Below, piece after piece: positions 17,660 through 27,011 of a stretch of DNA of 32,000 bases (positions are counted from its first letter, which is position 1; each line of letters starts with the position of its first letter). The stretch covers positions 90,001 through 122,000 of the forward strand of contig NC_017262.1 of NCBI RefSeq assembly GCF_000175255.2, read 5' to 3'. The stretch is from Zymomonas mobilis subsp. mobilis ATCC 10988 (GTDB taxonomy: Bacteria > Pseudomonadota > Alphaproteobacteria > Sphingomonadales > Sphingomonadaceae). A program made the position numbers and the translations under genes. A model generated the notes under the pieces. The model did no database searches and was not told the origin of the DNA. It worked only from the letters and a program-made list of their open reading frames with translations.

Positions 17660-18097
17660 TAATTCTATGACTTTTTAAATTTTCTCCAAATTTACTAAAA
17701 TCACGCCATCTCAGCGGCTGCTATTTTCAAAAAGCGCCTCTCAAAACCGTGTTTTCCTGCTCAAATATCGCATCCCAAAGTTCCGTCAAAAAAGGCAGGG
17801 TATTTTTTACAAAATCGCCCCTAATATCTCTCAATCCACTGCCTTGTTCATATGTTTTTGCAAATAATTTTTATTAAACTTTTTTGGGCGTATTTTTATC
17901 AAGAAAATTTAAATAATCACATTTTTATTATTTTAGATTTAAGTATTGATACAAGTGATATCTATAAATGTTTTTATAACTTTCTGGATCGTAATCGGCT
18001 GGCAATCGTTTTCCCTATATTCGCAAGATGTATGTCAGCCGCAGATTTGTCGACTGACCTCTATCTCTCCGAGATATATCAACAAAAGGTAGTCACC

Positions 18098-19111
18098 ATG
18101 AAAGCAGCCGTCATAACTAAAGATCATACGATCGAAGTGAAAGACACCAAATTACGCCCTCTGAAATACGGGGAAGCGCTTTTGGAAATGGAATATTGCG
18201 GGGTATGTCATACCGATCTCCACGTGAAAAACGGGGATTTTGGCGATGAAACCGGCAGAATTACTGGCCATGAAGGCATCGGTATCGTCAAGCAGGTCGG
18301 GGAAGGGGTTACTTCTCTGAAAGTCGGTGACCGCGCCAGTGTTGCATGGTTCTTCAAAGGCTGCGGCCATTGCGAATATTGTGTCAGCGGGAATGAAACG
18401 CTTTGCCGCAACGTTGAAAATGCCGGTTATACGGTTGACGGCGCTATGGCAGAAGAATGCATTGTCGTTGCCGATTACTCGGTCAAAGTGCCAGATGGTC
18501 TTGATCCTGCGGTTGCCAGCAGCATCACTTGCGCGGGTGTAACCACCTATAAAGCAGTCAAAGTTTCTCAGATACAGCCGGGACAATGGCTGGCTATCTA
18601 TGGCTTGGGCGGTTTAGGCAATCTAGCCCTTCAATATGCCAAGAATGTTTTCAACGCCAAAGTGATCGCGATCGATGTCAATGATGAACAGCTCGCTTTT
18701 GCCAAAGAGCTGGGCGCAGATATGGTCATCAATCCGAAAAATGAAGATGCTGCCAAAATCATTCAGGAAAAAGTCGGCGGCGCACATGCGACGGTGGTGA
18801 CGGCTGTTGCCAAATCCGCCTTTAACTCGGCTGTTGAAGCTATCCGCGCGGGTGGCCGTGTTGTCGCTGTTGGTCTGCCTCCTGAAAAAATGGATTTGAG
18901 CATTCCTCGTTTGGTGCTTGACGGTATCGAAGTCCTAGGTTCCTTGGTCGGAACGCGGGAAGATTTGAAAGAAGCCTTCCAGTTTGCAGCCGAAGGTAAG
19001 GTCAAACCGAAAGTCACCAAGCGTAAAGTCGAAGAAATCAACCAAATCTTTGACGAAATGGAACATGGTAAATTCACAGGCCGTATGGTTGTTGATTTTA
19101 CCCATCACTAG
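18098..19111 (+). CDS. adhA: Zinc-dependent alcohol dehydrogenase I
   Basis: [43 protein letters not shown]..., the structural-Zn Cys cluster [15 protein letters not shown], and GLGGLG. The 337-aa product matches my memory of Z. mobilis ADH I. The track ORF starting at 17852 is an AT-rich upstream extension. Confidence 0.97.
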   Translation: MKAAVITKDHTIEVKDTKLRPLKYGEALLEMEYCGVCHTDLHVKNGDFGDETGRITGHEGIGIVKQVGEGVTSLKVGDRASVAWFFKGCGHCEYCVSGNETLCRNVENAGYTVDGAMAEECIVVADYSVKVPDGLDPAVASSITCAGVTTYKAVKVSQIQPGQWLAIYGLGGLGNLALQYAKNVFNAKVIAIDVNDEQLAFAKELGADMVINPKNEDAAKIIQEKVGGAHATVVTAVAKSAFNSAVEAIRAGGRVVAVGLPPEKMDLSIPRLVLDGIEVLGSLVGTREDLKEAFQFAAEGKVKPKVTKRKVEEINQIFDEMEHGKFTGRMVVDFTHH

Positions 19112-19141
19112 GTTTCCGTGAAGGCGGAAGCATAAACGGAA

Positions 19142-19176
19142 AAAGCCTTTCTCTTACCAGAAAGGCTTTTTCTTTG
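19142..19176 (+). terminator. Rho-independent terminator of adhA
   Basis: AAAGCCTTTCT, loop CTTACC, AGAAAGGCTTT gives an 11-bp perfect stem, followed by TTCTTTG. Confidence 0.8.
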
Positions 19177-19357
19177 TCGTCTGATAAAAATTTTCATACA
19201 GAATTTAACACAGCAATCGCTGCTATAAGCCGCTATCCAAGCTTTTTTCTTCTCATGCCTTCTATTCGGCGATCGCTATTTAAAGGCTGTTTTTATGGGG
19301 CATTCGCCCTATATATAAGGATATTAGCGTTTATATATAATAGAAGGAAATCTGGCC

Positions 19358-19843
19358 TTGGGTGAAACAACCCTCCAAGCAGCGCCCCATGCCCATATTC
19401 AACATAGCGGTTCCGACTTATTGGAAGCGGCCAAGGCGGCTTTATTGAAATCGGGTGAGCAATGGACAGCCATGCGTGCCTCCGTTTACAAAGCCTTGGC
19501 ACAAACCAACAAGCCAAGTTCAGCCTATGATATTGCCGATATTGTCTCTCAATCCGAAGGACGCAGAGTAGCTGCCAACAGCGTTTATCGCATCCTCGAC
19601 ATCTTCGTCAGCAGCAATCTCGCGCATCGGGTCGAAAGCGCTAACGCCTATATCGTCAACGCCCATCCTGAGTGTCGTCATGACTGCCTTTTTCTCGTCT
19701 GCGACCAATGTGGGGGTGTGATTCATATAGATGATGACAAGATCAGCCGCTTTTTAAAAGAATCGGCAGAAAAAAACGATTTTGTCGCAGAAAGGTCTGT
19801 TTTAGAAATACGGGGTAAATGTTCACATTGTCTTTCCCATTAA
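19358..19843 (+). CDS. zur: Fur-family metalloregulator, Zur-like
   Basis: The winged-helix region contains SVYRILDIFVSSNLAHRVES. The metal-site pattern is NAHPECRHDCLFLVCDQCGGVIHI...GKCSHC, with two CxxC pairs. This pattern resembles Zur more than Fur. TTG start; the true start is uncertain. Confidence 0.75.
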   Translation: MGETTLQAAPHAHIQHSGSDLLEAAKAALLKSGEQWTAMRASVYKALAQTNKPSSAYDIADIVSQSEGRRVAANSVYRILDIFVSSNLAHRVESANAYIVNAHPECRHDCLFLVCDQCGGVIHIDDDKISRFLKESAEKNDFVAERSVLEIRGKCSHCLSH

Positions 19844-20020
19844 CCTAAATGTACCTCAGGTTAACCTGTTGCAATGACTCTATTACCTGCCATGATTTTG
19901 TAACTTTTATGTCGCAGTCAGGGCTTATCTTGGCTAATTTGGGTTCCTGCTGTTCACCTTTAGGGCGAATTGTTTTACTAAACAGGCTTAAATTTCGGTT
20001 TGATTTAAGGCCCTAAGCTT

Positions 20021-21970
20021 ATGTTTCCGAATGACAAGACGCCGTTGTTAGACAAGATCAAGACACCGGCAGAATTGCGTCAATTAGATCGCAACAGCCT
20101 CCGGCAATTGGCGGATGAATTACGGAAAGAGACCATCTCGGCAGTGGGTGTGACCGGCGGACATCTCGGTTCCGGCCTCGGGGTTATCGAATTAACGGTA
20201 GCCCTTCACTATGTTTTCAACACGCCCAAAGACGCTTTGGTCTGGGATGTTGGGCATCAAACCTATCCTCACAAGATTTTAACAGGTCGCCGCGATCGTA
20301 TTCGGACATTGCGGCAACGTGACGGCTTATCGGGCTTTACGCAGCGCGCGGAGAGCGAATATGACGCTTTTGGAGCCGCGCATAGTTCGACTTCTATTTC
20401 GGCGGCGCTCGGCTTTGCGATGGCCAGCAAATTATCCGACAGCGACGACAAAGCGGTTGCGATTATCGGTGATGGCTCGATGACGGCAGGCATGGCTTAT
20501 GAAGCTATGAATAACGCCAAGGCGGCGGGTAAGCGCCTGATTGTCATTTTGAATGACAATGAAATGTCGATTTCACCGCCGGTAGGTGCCTTATCTTCTT
20601 ATTTGAGCCGCCTGATTTCCTCACGGCCTTTCATGAATTTGCGCGATATCATGCGCGGTGTTGTCAACCGGATGCCAAAAGGCTTGGCAACGGCTGCCCG
20701 CAAGGCTGATGAATATGCGCGTGGTATGGCAACCGGTGGCACCTTCTTTGAAGAGCTGGGCTTTTACTATGTTGGCCCCGTGGATGGTCATAATTTAGAT
20801 CAGCTCATTCCGGTTTTGGAAAATGTCCGCGATGCCAAGGACGGCCCCATTTTGGTGCATGTCGTCACCCGCAAAGGTCAAGGTTATGCTCCGGCTGAGG
20901 CGGCCAAGGATAAATATCACGCCGTGCAGCGCTTGGATGTGGTTTCCGGTAAGCAGGCGAAAGCCCCCCCGGGACCTCCCAGCTATACCTCTGTTTTTTC
21001 GGAACAGCTGATCAAGGAAGCTAAGCAAGACGATAAGATTGTGACCATTACGGCAGCTATGCCGACGGGCACCGGTCTTGATCGCTTCCAGCAATATTTT
21101 CCTGAAAGAATGTTTGATGTCGGTATTGCCGAACAACATGCCGTAACCTTTGCGGCTGGTTTGGCGGCTGCCGGTTACAAGCCTTTCTGTTGTCTCTATT
21201 CGACCTTCTTGCAGCGCGGCTATGACCAGTTGGTGCATGATGTTGCTATCCAGAATTTGCCGGTGCGCTTCGCCGTCGATCGTGCGGGTCTTGTCGGTGC
21301 CGATGGGGCAACCCATGCGGGTAGCTTTGACCTCGCCTTTATGGTTAATCTCCCGAATATGGTCGTGATGGCGCCTTCCGATGAACGGGAATTGGCCAAT
21401 ATGGTGCATAGCATGGCGCATTATGACCAAGGCCCGATCTCGGTGCGTTATCCGCGTGGTAATGGTGTGGGTGTCTCCTTGGAAGGCGAAAAGGAAATTC
21501 TGCCTATCGGGAAAGGTCGCCTGATCCGTCGCGGTAAAAAGGTTGCGATCCTATCTCTCGGCACTCGATTGGAAGAATCCTTGAAGGCTGCCGATCGGCT
21601 TGATGCTCAAGGTTTGTCGACATCGGTTGCTGATATGCGTTTTGCTAAGCCCTTGGATGAAGCGCTGACCCGCCAACTTCTGAAAAGCCATCAGGTCATT
21701 ATTACCATTGAAGAAGGCGCTTTGGGTGGTTTTGCAACCCAAGTCCTGACGATGGCTTCGGATGAAGGCCTGGTGGATGACGGATTGAAAATCCGCACCC
21801 TGCGTCTGCCGGATCGGTTCCAGCCGCAGGACAAGCAAGAACGGCAATATGCCGAAGCCGGTCTTGATGCTGATGGCATCGTTGCTGCGGTTATCTCCGC
21901 ATTGCATCGTAATTCTAAACCCGTGGAAGTCGTCGAAATGGCGAATATGGGTAGCATCGCTCGCGCTTAA
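20021..21970 (+). CDS. dxs: 1-deoxy-D-xylulose-5-phosphate synthase
   Basis: 649 aa. TPP-binding [17 protein letters not shown] and the conserved blocks GHLGSGLG and [17 protein letters not shown]. Confidence 0.97.
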   Translation: MFPNDKTPLLDKIKTPAELRQLDRNSLRQLADELRKETISAVGVTGGHLGSGLGVIELTVALHYVFNTPKDALVWDVGHQTYPHKILTGRRDRIRTLRQRDGLSGFTQRAESEYDAFGAAHSSTSISAALGFAMASKLSDSDDKAVAIIGDGSMTAGMAYEAMNNAKAAGKRLIVILNDNEMSISPPVGALSSYLSRLISSRPFMNLRDIMRGVVNRMPKGLATAARKADEYARGMATGGTFFEELGFYYVGPVDGHNLDQLIPVLENVRDAKDGPILVHVVTRKGQGYAPAEAAKDKYHAVQRLDVVSGKQAKAPPGPPSYTSVFSEQLIKEAKQDDKIVTITAAMPTGTGLDRFQQYFPERMFDVGIAEQHAVTFAAGLAAAGYKPFCCLYSTFLQRGYDQLVHDVAIQNLPVRFAVDRAGLVGADGATHAGSFDLAFMVNLPNMVVMAPSDERELANMVHSMAHYDQGPISVRYPRGNGVGVSLEGEKEILPIGKGRLIRRGKKVAILSLGTRLEESLKAADRLDAQGLSTSVADMRFAKPLDEALTRQLLKSHQVIITIEEGALGGFATQVLTMASDEGLVDDGLKIRTLRLPDRFQPQDKQERQYAEAGLDADGIVAAVISALHRNSKPVEVVEMANMGSIARA

Positions 21971-21974
21971 TTTG

Positions 21975-22004
21975 CTATTAGGGAGCCTCGGCTCCCGATA
22001 ATAG
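21975..22004 (+). other. Intercistronic stem-loop between dxs and manC
   Basis: CTATTAGGGAGCC-TC-GGCTCCCGATAATAG is a long imperfect palindrome with a GGGAG/CTCCC core. No U-tract follows it, so it is not called a terminator. Confidence 0.4.
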
Positions 22005-22021
22005 TAAAGAGATCATATATA

Positions 22022-23434
22022 ATGCTACATCCGGTTGTTTTGTGTGGTGGTTCAGGTACACGCCTTTTCCCGTTATCTCGCCGGAGCCATCCCAAACAAC
22101 TCCTCAGCTTGATGGGCGAAAATAGCCTGTTTCAGGACGCTGTTGCACGTGTAACAGATTCTTCTCTATTCACGGCACCTCTTGTTATCTGCAATGAAGA
22201 ATACCGTTTTACTATTGCAGAACAGTTGCAGGAAATGGGCGTTAAGGCGCAAGAGATTGTCCTTGAGCCAGAAGGTCGGAACACAGCGCCCGCGATTGCT
22301 TTAGCGGCGGCAATGATTGCAGATAAAGATCCTGATGCCTGCATGCTGATCTTACCGTCAGATCACGTTATCCGGGATGTCAAAGCATTCCATGAAGCAA
22401 TCAAAGATGCCGAAACTATTGCCCGTAAAGCAAAGGCTCTTGTGACTTTTGGCGTGCGCCCGACCTCTCCTGAAACGGGTTACGGTTATATCGAAATGGG
22501 TGAAGCGCTACCTATAGCGGGTGGCTATCATATCGACAGATTCCGTGAAAAACCGGATATCAAGACGGCTGAAGATTACTTAGCCAGTGGTCGTTTTCTC
22601 TGGAACAGCGGGATGTTTCTTTTTCCCGTATCGCGGATATTAGAAGATTTTGCGCTTTATCAATCCGATATTTTGGATGCCGTTAAAGCCTCTTTACGCA
22701 AGAGCCAAAAAGACCTCGATTTTACGCGCCTAGATGCAGAATCCTTTGCGAAAGCGCCCTCTATTTCAATAGATTATGCGATCATGGAACCGGCCCATAA
22801 CAGAGCCGTCGTCCCCGTTAATATCGGATGGAGCGATGTCGGCTCATGGTCGTCTCTTTGGGCGATCAGTGATCATGACGATAATGGTAATGTTTTAATG
22901 GGCGATGTGGTCGCCGAAGATTCTTCTAATTGCCTTATCCGCTCTGAAAACGGCTTGGTCGCGACACTTGGCGTTAAAGACCTAACCATTATCAACACTT
23001 CAGATGTTACTTTGGTCGTCAACCAAGATCAGTCTCAAAATGTCGGGACGCTGGTCAAAAAAATGATCAAGGAAGGGCGGCTTGAGCCTTTAAATCCCAA
23101 ACAGGTTGCTCGTCCTTGGGGGTGGTATGAATCCATTGCTATGGGGCCTCGTTTCCAAGTGAAACAGATCATGGTTAAACCAGGTCATCGACTTTCGCTG
23201 CAAAAGCATTTTAATCGCGCCGAACATTGGGTAGTTACGCAAGGCACCGCACGGGTCACGGTTGGCGACCATGTCGATCTTATTCGCGAGAATGAATCCA
23301 TTTATATCCCGATGGGTGAAGTGCATCGCTTGGACAATCCAGGAAAGGTTGATTTGCTTCTTATTGAGATTCAGACCGGCTGTTATCTGGGGGAAGACGA
23401 TATCGTCCGTCTGGAAGACGATTATAGACGCTAA
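22022..23434 (+). CDS. manC: Bifunctional mannose-1-phosphate guanylyltransferase / mannose-6-phosphate isomerase (type II PMI-GMP)
   Basis: The N-terminal motif is VLCGGSGTRLFPLSR (nucleotidyl transferase). The C-terminal cupin region contains SLQKHFNRAEHWVVTQG and IPMGEVHRLDNPG. Confidence 0.92.
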   Translation: MLHPVVLCGGSGTRLFPLSRRSHPKQLLSLMGENSLFQDAVARVTDSSLFTAPLVICNEEYRFTIAEQLQEMGVKAQEIVLEPEGRNTAPAIALAAAMIADKDPDACMLILPSDHVIRDVKAFHEAIKDAETIARKAKALVTFGVRPTSPETGYGYIEMGEALPIAGGYHIDRFREKPDIKTAEDYLASGRFLWNSGMFLFPVSRILEDFALYQSDILDAVKASLRKSQKDLDFTRLDAESFAKAPSISIDYAIMEPAHNRAVVPVNIGWSDVGSWSSLWAISDHDDNGNVLMGDVVAEDSSNCLIRSENGLVATLGVKDLTIINTSDVTLVVNQDQSQNVGTLVKKMIKEGRLEPLNPKQVARPWGWYESIAMGPRFQVKQIMVKPGHRLSLQKHFNRAEHWVVTQGTARVTVGDHVDLIRENESIYIPMGEVHRLDNPGKVDLLLIEIQTGCYLGEDDIVRLEDDYRR

Positions 23435-23443
23435 ACGAAAAAC

Positions 23444-23473
23444 AAAGAGGCTTCGTTTTTAAGAAGCCTCTTT
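23444..23473. terminator. Shared terminator hairpin between convergent manC and the glycosyltransferase gene
   Basis: AAAGAGGCTTC, loop GTTTTTAA, GAAGCCTCTTT. On the - strand it is followed by GTTTTTCG. On the + strand only TTTAAAT follows. Confidence 0.7.
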
Positions 23474-23483
23474 AAATACCCTT

Positions 23484-24809
23484 TTAGAAACCAAATTTTT
23501 TATAAAAATCTTTCAAACGTTTCTTATAATTTTTCATTGAGAATTTTTCTGCTTGGACAGGGCCGCGCTGCTGTAATGTCTTCACCAAATTATCATCTTC
23601 AGCCATCGCGCTAATAGCTTCTGATAAGGCATCCACATCATAAGGATCGACTAATAACGCGGCATCCCCTGCAATTTCTTGAATAGCAGGATGGGTCGAA
23701 CTGATAACCGCGGTTCCCAAACACATCGCTTCAGCAACAGGCAAACCAAAGCCTTCTGCAATAGATGGAAAGACTAAAGCCCTTGCGCCCTTAACGACAC
23801 TGACAAGCTGAGAACGGGACATATAATCTAGCTGGATAATCTTCTTTTTCCCTGGCAGCTCTCGACCCTTTAGCTGCTCCAGCAAAGCATGATCTTCTTC
23901 GGCACTCCAACTACGACTGCTAACAATCACAAGAGGATAGTCAGGACAGTCCGCAGCCATATAGGCTTCAATTAACCGCTTTACATTTTTCTTTGGCTCG
24001 ATTGCGCCATAAAATAAGAAGTAATGACCATATTCCAAGCCAAATAAACCATTCACATCCCGCTCAACCAAATGCGCCGGACGATTTTTCAAGCCCTCTT
24101 CAAACTCAACGGCCTGATATAAATTCGTTACCTGACTCTCCGGGGCATTAAACAGACGAATAATATCCCGTCTGGAGGCTTCCGATACAGTCAGGATATG
24201 ATCCCCATTTTTTAAAATATCGGCGATAATGTTCCAATTTAAAAGATGGTTACCACCGACCGTATTGGGATGTGTAAAAGGTACCAGATCATGAATAGTA
24301 TAAATATTAATACTATTCTTTAATTTTATAGGAATAAGATGCGTCCAATGCATAAATTGGGGTGCATCATCCAAGACCATATTTAAAAAATTGTGGAATG
24401 TTTTATAATTTTTTTTAGAAATAGTAAAAATATTTCTGTAATTATAGATGTATTCTACATTATTATTGATGTTTTTTGCATATAATTTATCAACAATATT
24501 TAAATCTATTCTATATGGTTGAATTTTTCCAGATTTTTTATAGCGAATAATATCTTTAATATCAGATAAAATGGCCTTTTTGGGAGAAATTACTAGCTCG
24601 TCGCGAAAAAACAGAATTTCTCTTAAAGCAGGATTCGATGAATTGCTTACATTTCTGCCATAAATAATGCCTGTTTCATGGCCGATGCCTCTGATCGCTT
24701 TCAATAGAGATCGAGCATAAGAAGCAATGCCTGTTCCTTGCGGGTTAGCAAGGTTGAGGCCATCGACAAAACATTTAGAAGACATGGAACAGGTGATCCG
24801 TATAGCCAT
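23484..24809 (-). CDS. Glycosyltransferase, GT-B fold, family 1/4-like
   Basis: The C-terminal half has the GT1 signature ...LVFPSIAEGFGLPVAEAMCLGTAVISS... (E-x7-E). The N-terminal half is Asn/Lys/Ile/Tyr-rich and encoded by very AT-rich DNA. Confidence 0.85.
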   Translation of the reverse strand: MAIRITCSMSSKCFVDGLNLANPQGTGIASYARSLLKAIRGIGHETGIIYGRNVSNSSNPALREILFFRDELVISPKKAILSDIKDIIRYKKSGKIQPYRIDLNIVDKLYAKNINNNVEYIYNYRNIFTISKKNYKTFHNFLNMVLDDAPQFMHWTHLIPIKLKNSINIYTIHDLVPFTHPNTVGGNHLLNWNIIADILKNGDHILTVSEASRRDIIRLFNAPESQVTNLYQAVEFEEGLKNRPAHLVERDVNGLFGLEYGHYFLFYGAIEPKKNVKRLIEAYMAADCPDYPLVIVSSRSWSAEEDHALLEQLKGRELPGKKKIIQLDYMSRSQLVSVVKGARALVFPSIAEGFGLPVAEAMCLGTAVISSTHPAIQEIAGDAALLVDPYDVDALSEAISAMAEDDNLVKTLQQRGPVQAEKFSMKNYKKRLKDFYKKFGF

Positions 24810-24903
24810 AAAATATTAAAATTGGATAATAGAATCTTCGCTAAAAGGCGAAGCTCGATTTAATCTTATGAGATAAAAAGTAGATTTGACATGCTATAAA
24901 CAC

Positions 24904-24929
24904 AAAAAAAGCCGGCTAAAAGCCAGCTT
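24904..24929 (-). terminator. Rho-independent terminator of tRNA-Glu
   Basis: On the - strand: AGCTGGCT, loop TTT, AGCCGGCT (8-bp stem with one G-U pair), followed by T7. Confidence 0.75.
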
Positions 24930-24968
24930 ACCATGTCCAATAAATTATAACACCGAGGTTAAATTTAT

Positions 24969-25044
24969 TGGCGACCCCAACGGGAATCGAACCCGTGTTT
25001 TCGCCGTGAAAGGGCGATGTCCTAGACCGCTAGACGATGGGGTC
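24969..25044 (-). tRNA. tRNA-Glu (anticodon UUC), CCA encoded
   Basis: The reverse complement is GACCCCATCGTCTAGCGGTCTAGGACATCGCCCTTTCACGGCGAAAACACGGGTTCGATTCCCGTTGGGGTCGCCA. The acceptor stem is GACCCCA/TGGGGTC. The anticodon loop is CCTTTCACG, centred on TTC. The T-arm is CGGGTTCGATTCCCG. It aligns closely with my memory of E. coli tRNA-Glu. Confidence 0.92.
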
Positions 25045-25159
25045 GCTCGCGGTGTGAGGCGGTAGATATGGAATTCTCGCGATAAGGTCAAGCGGTTTTT
25101 TCAAATTTTTTTATTTTTTTCAAAAACTTTTACCGTCTCGCGAAAAATGCCCTATTTCC

Positions 25160-26920
25160 TTATGCCCAAGCGATATCCTCAATATGAAGCTGGGCATCCT
25201 TTCTGCCATTCCATTCATTTAACTGGATTTTTCCGGCCACCCATAGCTTGCGGTCACGCCCAGCCGCTACCACGATTTGGGTAATTGGGGTCTCTACCGC
25301 ATTAAAGGCAATCGCTTTAAAGCTTTGCCCATCTTGTCCTTTAAAAATAACTGACAAATGCTTCTCTTTTAATATCCGTGTCTGAATGGCATATACAGGC
25401 CCCGCCACGACATGAGGGGAGGGCCATCCCGCTCCATAAGGGCCACCGGCCTCCAAAGCCTCAATCAAAGACAAATTGACACCCCCAGCGCTTAAAACTT
25501 CATCAATCAACAAGGCTTTATTCGCGCGAGCCGTTTCGACATCTTTTTGGACTCTCTCTGAAATAAAAGTCGCAAAATCCTCTATCTGATTTTTCTTGAT
25601 GCTAAGACCTGCTGCCATGGCATGTCCACCACCATTCACCAACAGCCCTGCTTGCTTGGCTGATAAGACTGCGGCGCCCAAATCGACGCCCGATAAAGAA
25701 CGTCCAGAACCTTTCCCATTGCCCTCCTCGTCAATACCAATCACGATAATAGGGCGGTCATATTTTTGCTTTAGCCTACCCGCAACAATGCCGATCACGC
25801 CGGGATGCCATCCTTCGCCCGCCACAACCATCACAGGCCGTTCAACTTGCTCTTCACATAGGCCTTCAGCGGCTTCGGTTACGGTTTGTTCAATCGATCG
25901 TCGTTCCAGATTGAATTGATTTAAAGCGAGCGCCAGATTCTCACATTCATTCTTATCAAGACTGGTCAACAACCTGACACCCAAATCAGATTTACCGACC
26001 CGTCCACCGGCATTGATCCTCGGGCCCAATATAAAACCAAGATCATATGTCGTCGGCGGACGAGAAACGCCTGCAACATCCAATAGAGCGGCAATGCCGG
26101 GACGATACCGCGCCGCCATAACTTTTAAGCCCTGCGCGACAAAAGCTCTGTTGAGGCCATGTAACGCCGCGACATCAGCGACTGTTCCCAAGGCAACTAA
26201 ATCAAGTAACGCCATCAGTTTGGGTTCGGGTCTATCCGAAAAATAGCCGTCCTGCCGCAAATGCCGTACCAAAGCTGCCGCTAATAAAAAAGCCACGCCG
26301 ACAGCTGCCAAATGCCCATATTGTGCGCCTTCTTCTTCATCAAGACGGTTAGGATTCACAACAGCATGAGCCTCTGGCAATTGAGGCTGACATTGGTGAT
26401 GATCGACAACCACCACATCCAGACCGGCTTCTTTTGCTGCCTCAAGGGCTTCATAAGCCTGTGCGCCGCAATCGACCGTCACAACCAGATTAGCCCCTTC
26501 TTCGGCCAATTTTCGCATCGATTGAACCGCTGGGCCATAGCCTTCCGCCACACGGTCAGGAATATAGTAACCGGCATTCACACCCAATTGACGCAGAAGA
26601 TCAATCATCAAAGCCGATGAAGTGGCTCCATCGACATCATAATCGCCAAAAATGACGATAGACTCTTTCTTATAGATAGCCTTTGCTAGCCTCTCTGCCG
26701 CGCGATCCATATCGCATAATAAAGAAGGGTCAGGCATAAAATTTTTAATTTTGGGATCGCGATAGGCAGACAGACTTTCCCGAGGACAGCCGCGCGTGAT
26801 AAGAATACGATCAATCAGGTCTTCAAGCGGATTTTCTCCACTAAACCCCGAATTTTGGCCGCGCCATTGCCATGCCTGACCCAGAGCAGAAGAAGAAACG
26901 CCACAGACAAGATTTGCCAT
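25160..26920 (-). CDS. recJ: Single-stranded-DNA-specific exonuclease RecJ
   Basis: 586 aa. DHH-family motifs are FGDYDVDGATS, VTVDCG, VVVDHH and GGGHAMAAG (DHHA1). Confidence 0.95.
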   Translation of the reverse strand: MANLVCGVSSSALGQAWQWRGQNSGFSGENPLEDLIDRILITRGCPRESLSAYRDPKIKNFMPDPSLLCDMDRAAERLAKAIYKKESIVIFGDYDVDGATSSALMIDLLRQLGVNAGYYIPDRVAEGYGPAVQSMRKLAEEGANLVVTVDCGAQAYEALEAAKEAGLDVVVVDHHQCQPQLPEAHAVVNPNRLDEEEGAQYGHLAAVGVAFLLAAALVRHLRQDGYFSDRPEPKLMALLDLVALGTVADVAALHGLNRAFVAQGLKVMAARYRPGIAALLDVAGVSRPPTTYDLGFILGPRINAGGRVGKSDLGVRLLTSLDKNECENLALALNQFNLERRSIEQTVTEAAEGLCEEQVERPVMVVAGEGWHPGVIGIVAGRLKQKYDRPIIVIGIDEEGNGKGSGRSLSGVDLGAAVLSAKQAGLLVNGGGHAMAAGLSIKKNQIEDFATFISERVQKDVETARANKALLIDEVLSAGGVNLSLIEALEAGGPYGAGWPSPHVVAGPVYAIQTRILKEKHLSVIFKGQDGQSFKAIAFNAVETPITQIVVAAGRDRKLWVAGKIQLNEWNGRKDAQLHIEDIAWA

Positions 26921-27011
26921 AAATATCCCAAATTCGCATAATAAAGAAAGAATTCGCTTGAAATGAAGAGATAAAGAACAAAAGAACCATCATTGCTCCA
27001 CTATCCCTGAC

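Noticed and set aside
16560-17850. Inversion between copies A and B as the explanation for the mismatched flanks of copy A
   Set aside because: I translated both flanks of copy B looking for the missing receptor C-terminal half and the missing binding-protein N-terminal half. The left flank contains the ddh terminator 126 bp from the IS and only short stop-filled frames. The right flank is the AT-rich adhA upstream region. The missing halves are not there, so deletion, or exchange with a copy outside the window, is more likely.
17966-17980. Zur-box-like sequence AAATGTTTTTATAAC upstream of adhA
   Set aside because: It resembles the half-sites of the enterobacterial Zur box (AAATGTTATA / TATAACATTT). 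However, the two halves are about 3 bp too close and the right half lacks the terminal CATTT. In such AT-rich DNA a partial match is expected by chance.
17852-18097. 82-codon N-terminal extension of adhA in the ORF track (419-aa form)
   Set aside because: The extension is AT-rich, Ile/Phe/Asn-rich nonsense ([20 protein letters not shown]...). The ATG at 18098 gives the known MKAAVITK N-terminus and the expected 337-aa size.
20795-21430. Long antisense or alternative-frame ORFs inside real genes, for example 20795-21430 (-), 14306-14929 (-), 5024-5539 (-), 5792-6298 (+), 15910-16308 (-) and 18152-18586 (-)
   Set aside because: Each lies entirely within a confidently identified gene (dxs, gpmA, ccmE, ccmF, ddh, adhA). 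Their Arg/Ser/Gly-rich shadow-frame composition has no recognisable motifs.
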